Positions 61,101-64,000 of a stretch of DNA of 64,000 nucleotides are shown one piece after another (position 1 is the stretch's first letter; each line of letters starts with the position of its first letter). The stretch lies in NCBI GenBank assembly GCA_973895155.1, contig OZ316895.1, forward strand, positions 5,273,181 to 5,337,180, written 5' to 3'. A program made the translations under genes and the position numbers. The notes under the pieces were generated by a model that saw only the letters and a list, made by a program, of their open reading frames with translations, was not told the origin of the DNA and did no database searches. Origin of the DNA: Marsupella aquatica. Its lineage: Eukaryota > Plantae > Marchantiophyta.

Positions 61101-64000
61101 TTGTACTCATGTTCAGTGAATCTCCTGCTGAACTATCCATGTACGACTTTATATAGAAATTTCTCATTCTAGAAACAAAAGTCCAGACATAGAAAAAGTT
61201 TGAAACCAGACCTGTAGACTTCTTCTGGTACTTGTGGACAGCTGGGATCCAGATTGAGAGCTTGAATACTTGCAGCATCACCTACCGGCGGTGACAGAAG
61301 TGGTGAGCCTCTTCCAACAGGGCTGTGATACGGGGACCCTCCCGCCTGTACTCAAATAATGTTGTTTACGATTGTTGGTTAACACAGCAATCAGCGCAAA
61401 AATACGTCAACCCACTGTTAGAAACCTCTCAGCTCGTGCCTCACTTGAATCGGTGGTCATCGAGGAGGATACAAAGCGAAAGTTTTGCTTCTGACAGGAC
61501 TTCCTCTTCAGTATAAGTCGATCAAAGATCAGATAGACTGTAAGGGTAACATATCCATGGCAAGCTCGACCTAGAAACAGGTCAGGCTGTCAAAGAGTGT
61601 TAAAAAAAACCTCGTTGTAAAAGGGCATTGCACTAGACTACAGAATCCCCCAAAAAGAGGCAACTCAGTAAGTTAGCCTCCATATCGCACTCTGTCACTT
61701 AACAAAGTGTGGCCTACCAAATGCCAGCCTTGCCAGCAAAAAAACCTCGCTCTGACATCTTGGACAGAAGGGGGGAAGAAAACAGGGAGATCCGGAAAAC
61801 AGGTAGGGGAGGAGAAAACCAAGCCTCTGCGAAGATGGCTTTTCACTGTCGAAGGCTGGTCAAGCAGCGACTTCCCAGTAACAAGGGCTGGCTACCTTGC
61901 TAGAGCGCTTGCTTTTGTCGCCGACCAGGAGATGTCGTAGTCTCAAATGCTCCCTGTGCGTGTCGGGCAGGCTATCAAGTACCGCCACCTCCCCCTTCTC
62001 TATTGACGATGTCCTCCTTTCTTGCAACAAGAGCAATGGATCCTTTTGCGATGGTCCATCAATCGTCTGCCGAAAAGGAGTACAACATGTACAGCTTTGC
62101 AGTTCTGGACCATGAATACGTGAAGCAGGACGATGACCTTCTATCACATTGCTAGCATACAAGCCAAGCCAAGCTCTTCATTTGCATTGCTAAGAATACT
62201 CAGACCATGAATGCCTTGCCTTCGTACGATAACATTGCTTACACTGACTAGAGAATCATAGAGATGACCAGCACACTCGGGCCCAAGAGGAAATCGGCTA
62301 AGCAGGATGCCCACTCTAACAAGTATCTGTTGTTCTGGATTTGAACCACACTAGCTACGACAACCCCTCCAAAGAGCAGCTTCGATGTCATCAACATTAT
62401 GTACACTCAAGGGATGGATCAAACACCATCTAAGCAGCACTTCCGTGGAAAATATTTAACCGGAAAATACCAGAAGACAGAAAACAACCTTCTTGCACTG
62501 CTAAACCAAATAAGAATCTTACCTGAGTAGAATCTGCTGACGATGGCCGACTTGGTTTGCTCTCAGTTTCCCCCGTCAGGGGTGCACTCACAGTGCTACC
62601 ACTAGGACTGGCTGAACTACCTCCAGCACCTCCGAAGCTGCCAAACGTCTCTTCGTTGCGGTCATCCATGTGCCTATCTTCACCATCCTCCCCGACATCT
62701 TTCTCCCGTCTGATGACTGACGAGAATCTGCTTTCTTCATCCATTGCTTCAAGCTCTGGGGCAAGCCGTAGGCCTCGTTCCTGATTCATATCAACGTTAT
62801 GAGTTCCAAAGTAGAGATCAATTTACGAAATGAACCCCACCGAAATAGTCTTTGACTGGAGTCAACAAGGATGTCTTCCATACCTCTGCTAAATGGAGGT
62901 TTTTAGTTGCCGTCCCTTCGATCTCTCTTGCAATTCTGGAGGCCTCCCGTTCTCGTTCTCTCATCTGGGGTCCCCTCTCCAGCTTTGTGGTGTATATCTC
63001 TTCGTTGAACGTAGTTTCCACACCAAACAAAGCTTTATTGGTTTCGAACTGATCCCAACTCCTACGAGACAAATGTCCAGCAAATGAACACAGGTACAAT
63101 AAGTACAAGACTGTAAGTAGACCTCCCAGAAGCGTGCTCAGAAAGACATTCCACTGACCCAAGTGCCCCTAATCCAGAAACAAGTCAAAAACAAACCCTT
63201 AAGGTTCAAAACTCGAAGGGCCAAGGATCGGCATAGCTACTTGAAAGAGAAACCACATAATTCAACCACAGGTTACCTAACCATCATTTGCGACAGATGT
63301 ACGGCTTCCTTTTCGGCTTGTCTCAGTCTGCTCAGCATACTCTTAGGAGCCAATTCTAAACCGGTGACGAACACTCACTATCGAACGAATGGGTGCATTG
63401 AGGGGAAGTCTTGAGAATTGGAGAGAGGGCAAAGCATGTACAGAAGTATTGAATATGCAGAGTCAAGATTGATGCCGCGGCCCACAGAAACCAGAGGGGA
63501 CTGAGAAGAAACTATAGACGTTTACAAGGCCGTGCGTGTAATCCGTACCTGTTCCACGAACTTTGGAAAGTTGCCTCCAATCCAAGGGCTCTTGGAGCTT
63601 CATCGTCGGGTTTCCAGGGCTTCAGCTCCCGTTCACCGTCACGAAGCCGACCCTGTGATAAGACAGCATCTGTAACAATTTCTGCCCTGTTCTCTCGTGC
63701 CTTTCCGTTTGGCAATGCATCACCACTCAGGGAGACATCCTACAAAAACATACACAATATGGTCAGTCGCTGTCAGCCCATAGAATTCAACAGAACAATC
63801 CTCTTTAAATTTGAAATTCCAAAGTTTAACCTCTTAACATACAAACTGACCTTGGCAATTATTTGTACAAAGTCTTTAGCATGTATGACGAATGTTTTCT
63901 GTGGGGCCTTCCTTGCGGCTTCCTTCACAGCTTCGCTCTTCCCTCCCTTGACAGATCCGTCTCTGGTGAGACGAGCGTACTTTAGTACAACACCTGTGTA
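58118..64000 (-). CDS. CID4: Ataxin-2-like poly(A)-binding-protein interactor (CID3/CID4 family), multi-exon, 5' end beyond the window
   Basis: Lsm-type exon (GVVLKYARL...KDFVQIIAK, ~63850-63997); ERELKPWKPD; LsmAD (WDQFETNKALFGVETTFNEEIYTTKLER...EASRIAREIE...HLAEERG...DEESRFSSV); tandem PAM2 KSTLNPNAK|EFKLNPNAKAFTP split by an intron; P/Q-rich C-terminus ending GGKGSGGF* at 58118. Confidence 0.9.

Overview
Eukaryotic, land-plant-type DNA (spliceosomal introns, plant tRNA-Pro, dirigent gene); the species cannot be fixed from this window. The left half (1-~31.9 kb) is a three-level transposon nest. A degenerate SWIM/MULE-type transposase locus, lying next to an RPA70C-like ORF and an orphan multi-exon gene, is interrupted by a CACTA element with both ends intact (67-22567, 14-bp TIRs). 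The CACTA transposase is in turn interrupted by a very young non-chromovirus Ty3/Gypsy element (5578-20221) with an intact 2132-aa gag-pol. The main oddity is that the ~4-kb direct repeats bounding gag-pol, which have LTR-like ends, each carry a complete 618-aa sense ORF. Its product looks like a nuclear coiled-coil protein, not an envelope protein. The right half is mostly host sequence: an 8-exon UBC13 gene, an intronless dirigent gene, a tRNA-Pro(TGG) with local fragment copies, a decayed PIF/Harbinger element, two short TSD-flanked poly(A) retroinsertions, and the 3' part of an Ataxin-2-like CID3/CID4 gene. Family assignments come from motif recognition by eye; no database search was run.
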